DNA of 64,000 nucleotides from an uncultured delta proteobacterium (GTDB lineage Bacteria; Desulfobacterota; RBG-13-43-22): NCBI GenBank assembly GCA_963743305.1, contig CAVUPH010000007.1, positions 96,001 to 160,000 of the forward strand, read 5' to 3'. Shown piece by piece: positions 62,445 to 64,000 of this stretch (position 1 is its first letter; each line of letters starts with the position of its first letter). The notes under the pieces were generated by a model. It saw only the letters and a program-made list of their open reading frames with translations, ran no database searches and was not told where the DNA came from. The position numbers and the translations under genes were made by a program.

Positions 62445-64000
62445 TTGGGGATCGGTCTGTCGATGAACACTTTTTGGATCATTTTAATTTTGGGTTCCGG
62501 AATGCTGGGAGGTCTGGTCTGTTGGCTGATCATGCGTCCGACCCGGCGGCGGGTGGATCTGTTGGCTCAAAAGATTAGGGGGATCGGCCCAGCCGGTTCG
62601 GCCAAGCGCCGGATCAGCCTTCCGAGTGAAGCCGACCAGATCACCCAATTGGCCGAATCTTTCAACCAATTGTTAGATAATCTGGAAGCGGCCCAGCAGG
62701 AAAAAAGCGAAGTGGAAGCGGACTTTAAGCGGTTGTTCCATCAGGGGTATACTGGAAATTACTGGTCCAGTCCGGAGGGCGAGATCCTGCGGTGCAACCC
62801 GGCTTTTGCCCAAATCTTGGGATACGATTCGGTCAAGGCCTTGGCCGGAGTTAACCTGAAATCTTTGGTAAAAGGGGCGACTCTATGGGAACAATGGAAG
62901 CAGGAACTGGGGAAAAATAAAAAGTTGGAATTTGAGGAGCAACCCTGGATAAAACGGGATCAGACCAACCTGATCGTCTCCGGAAAAATGCTGGCTATAA
63001 TGGACGATCAAGGGGAGATTATCCAGATCCAGGGATTTTTGCAAGATATTACTCGAAACCGGGCGATTGAGGAAGACCTGAAAAATTTGCGGGATTGCGA
63101 TCCCCTGACCGGATTATTGAACCGCTGGACGTTTGAGCAGGAAATGAAAAAAAATGACATCGGCCAAAGCGATCCGGTGGGGATTTTGATCGGTGATGTG
63201 AATGGGTTAAAATATGTCAACGATAACCTGGGACATGAGGCGGGCGACCGGCTCCTGGTGGCCAGCGCCCAAGCGATCCGGGATGCCTTTTCGGAAGATT
63301 GCCTGATGGCTCGGGTCGGGGGGGACGAATTCGCGGTGATGGTCGTTAAAACAGAGCGCCCTCTCTTTGAAAGGGCCAGGCAAAAAATCCGTGAGGCCGT
63401 CGACCACTATAACGGAGAAAACCCGGGTATACCGTTAAGTCTAGCCATCGGATTTCACCTCAACGATGAGGCGCCTTCTTCGGTTTATGAGATTTTTACT
63501 CAAGCCGAAAATAATTTGCTCCGGGAAAAGCTTCTTTGTAGTCAAAGTATCCATAGTTCCGTGGTGCAGACCTTAAACAAGGCCCTGGAGATGCGGGATT
63601 TTATAACCGGGGGGCATGCGCACCGAATCCGGGAAATAGCGGAAAAGTTGGCCCGGGCCATCGGGTTACCGGAGCGCAGCGTCATTGATATGCGGCTCCT
63701 GGCCCAATTTCATGATATCGGGAAAGTGGGGATCCCCGACCGGATATTGATGAAGCCGGGCCCTTTGTCGCCGGAAGAAGCCATAGAGATGCAGAGGCAT
63801 AGTGAAGTGGGCTATCGAATCGCCCTGGCGGCGACCGACTTGGTGCCCATAGCCGACTGGATCTTGAAACATCACGAGTGGTGGAACGGCCAGGGATATC
63901 CTGGAGGGCTTAAAGGGGAAAAAATTCCCCTGGAGTCCCGCATCTTGGCCATTGTGGACTCCTACGACGTCATCACCAATGATCGTCCTTACCGAAAGGC
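62445..64000 (+). CDS. TM-HAMP-PAS-GGDEF-HD-GYP c-di-GMP enzyme (3'-partial, missing from ORF track)
   Basis: DPLTGLLNR, D.NGLK.VND..GH, RVGGDEF, HDIGK, HHEWWNGQGYP. Confidence 0.9.
   Translation, partial: MGIGLSMNTFWIILILGSGMLGGLVCWLIMRPTRRRVDLLAQKIRGIGPAGSAKRRISLPSEADQITQLAESFNQLLDNLEAAQQEKSEVEADFKRLFHQGYTGNYWSSPEGEILRCNPAFAQILGYDSVKALAGVNLKSLVKGATLWEQWKQELGKNKKLEFEEQPWIKRDQTNLIVSGKMLAIMDDQGEIIQIQGFLQDITRNRAIEEDLKNLRDCDPLTGLLNRWTFEQEMKKNDIGQSDPVGILIGDVNGLKYVNDNLGHEAGDRLLVASAQAIRDAFSEDCLMARVGGDEFAVMVVKTERPLFERARQKIREAVDHYNGENPGIPLSLAIGFHLNDEAPSSVYEIFTQAENNLLREKLLCSQSIHSSVVQTLNKALEMRDFITGGHAHRIREIAEKLARAIGLPERSVIDMRLLAQFHDIGKVGIPDRILMKPGPLSPEEAIEMQRHSEVGYRIALAATDLVPIADWILKHHEWWNGQGYPGGLKGEKIPLESRILAIVDSYDVITNDRPYRK

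Noticed and set aside
1-64000. CRISPR array, tRNA, rRNA or integron integrase
   Set aside because: No regularly spaced direct repeats, cloverleafs or tyrosine-recombinase motifs were seen; repeats present are REP, MITE or attC type.

Overview
GC-rich window from an anaerobic bacterium; gene content suggests Desulfobacterota/deltaproteobacteria, which is an inference. 1-8.7 kb is a redox cluster: 2-oxoacid:ferredoxin oxidoreductase beta, an octaheme HAO-type cytochrome, rubredoxin, TlpA/peroxiredoxin-like proteins, small CxxC proteins, flavodoxin, YyaL and a sterol desaturase. 8.7-51 kb is a patchwork accessory region. It holds secreted enzymes, three TA loci, REP/MITE elements, duplicated gene scraps and a low-GC integrase-less attC cassette array (about 25.3-31.2 kb) of defence-like genes, one of them split by IS630 inside its PD-(D/E)xK active site. 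51-64 kb holds acyl-CoA dehydrogenase, CoA-transferase, a QueT-type ECF transporter and a GGDEF/HD-GYP protein. Main findings: (i) three unrelated signal-peptide proteins end in the same tail, (Y/G)LPL(I/V)L(K/R), a candidate sorting signal, and one of them abuts a TMTC-like glycosyltransferase; (ii) an unannotated selenoprotein, a rhodanese(Sec)-ferritin-like fusion; (iii) the attC array, possibly driven by a duplicated dinJ promoter; (iv) a 263-bp structured MITE in two copies. Many single-base frameshifts suggest sequencing indel errors. No tRNA, rRNA or CRISPR was recognised. Family names come from motif recognition by eye, not from database searches.
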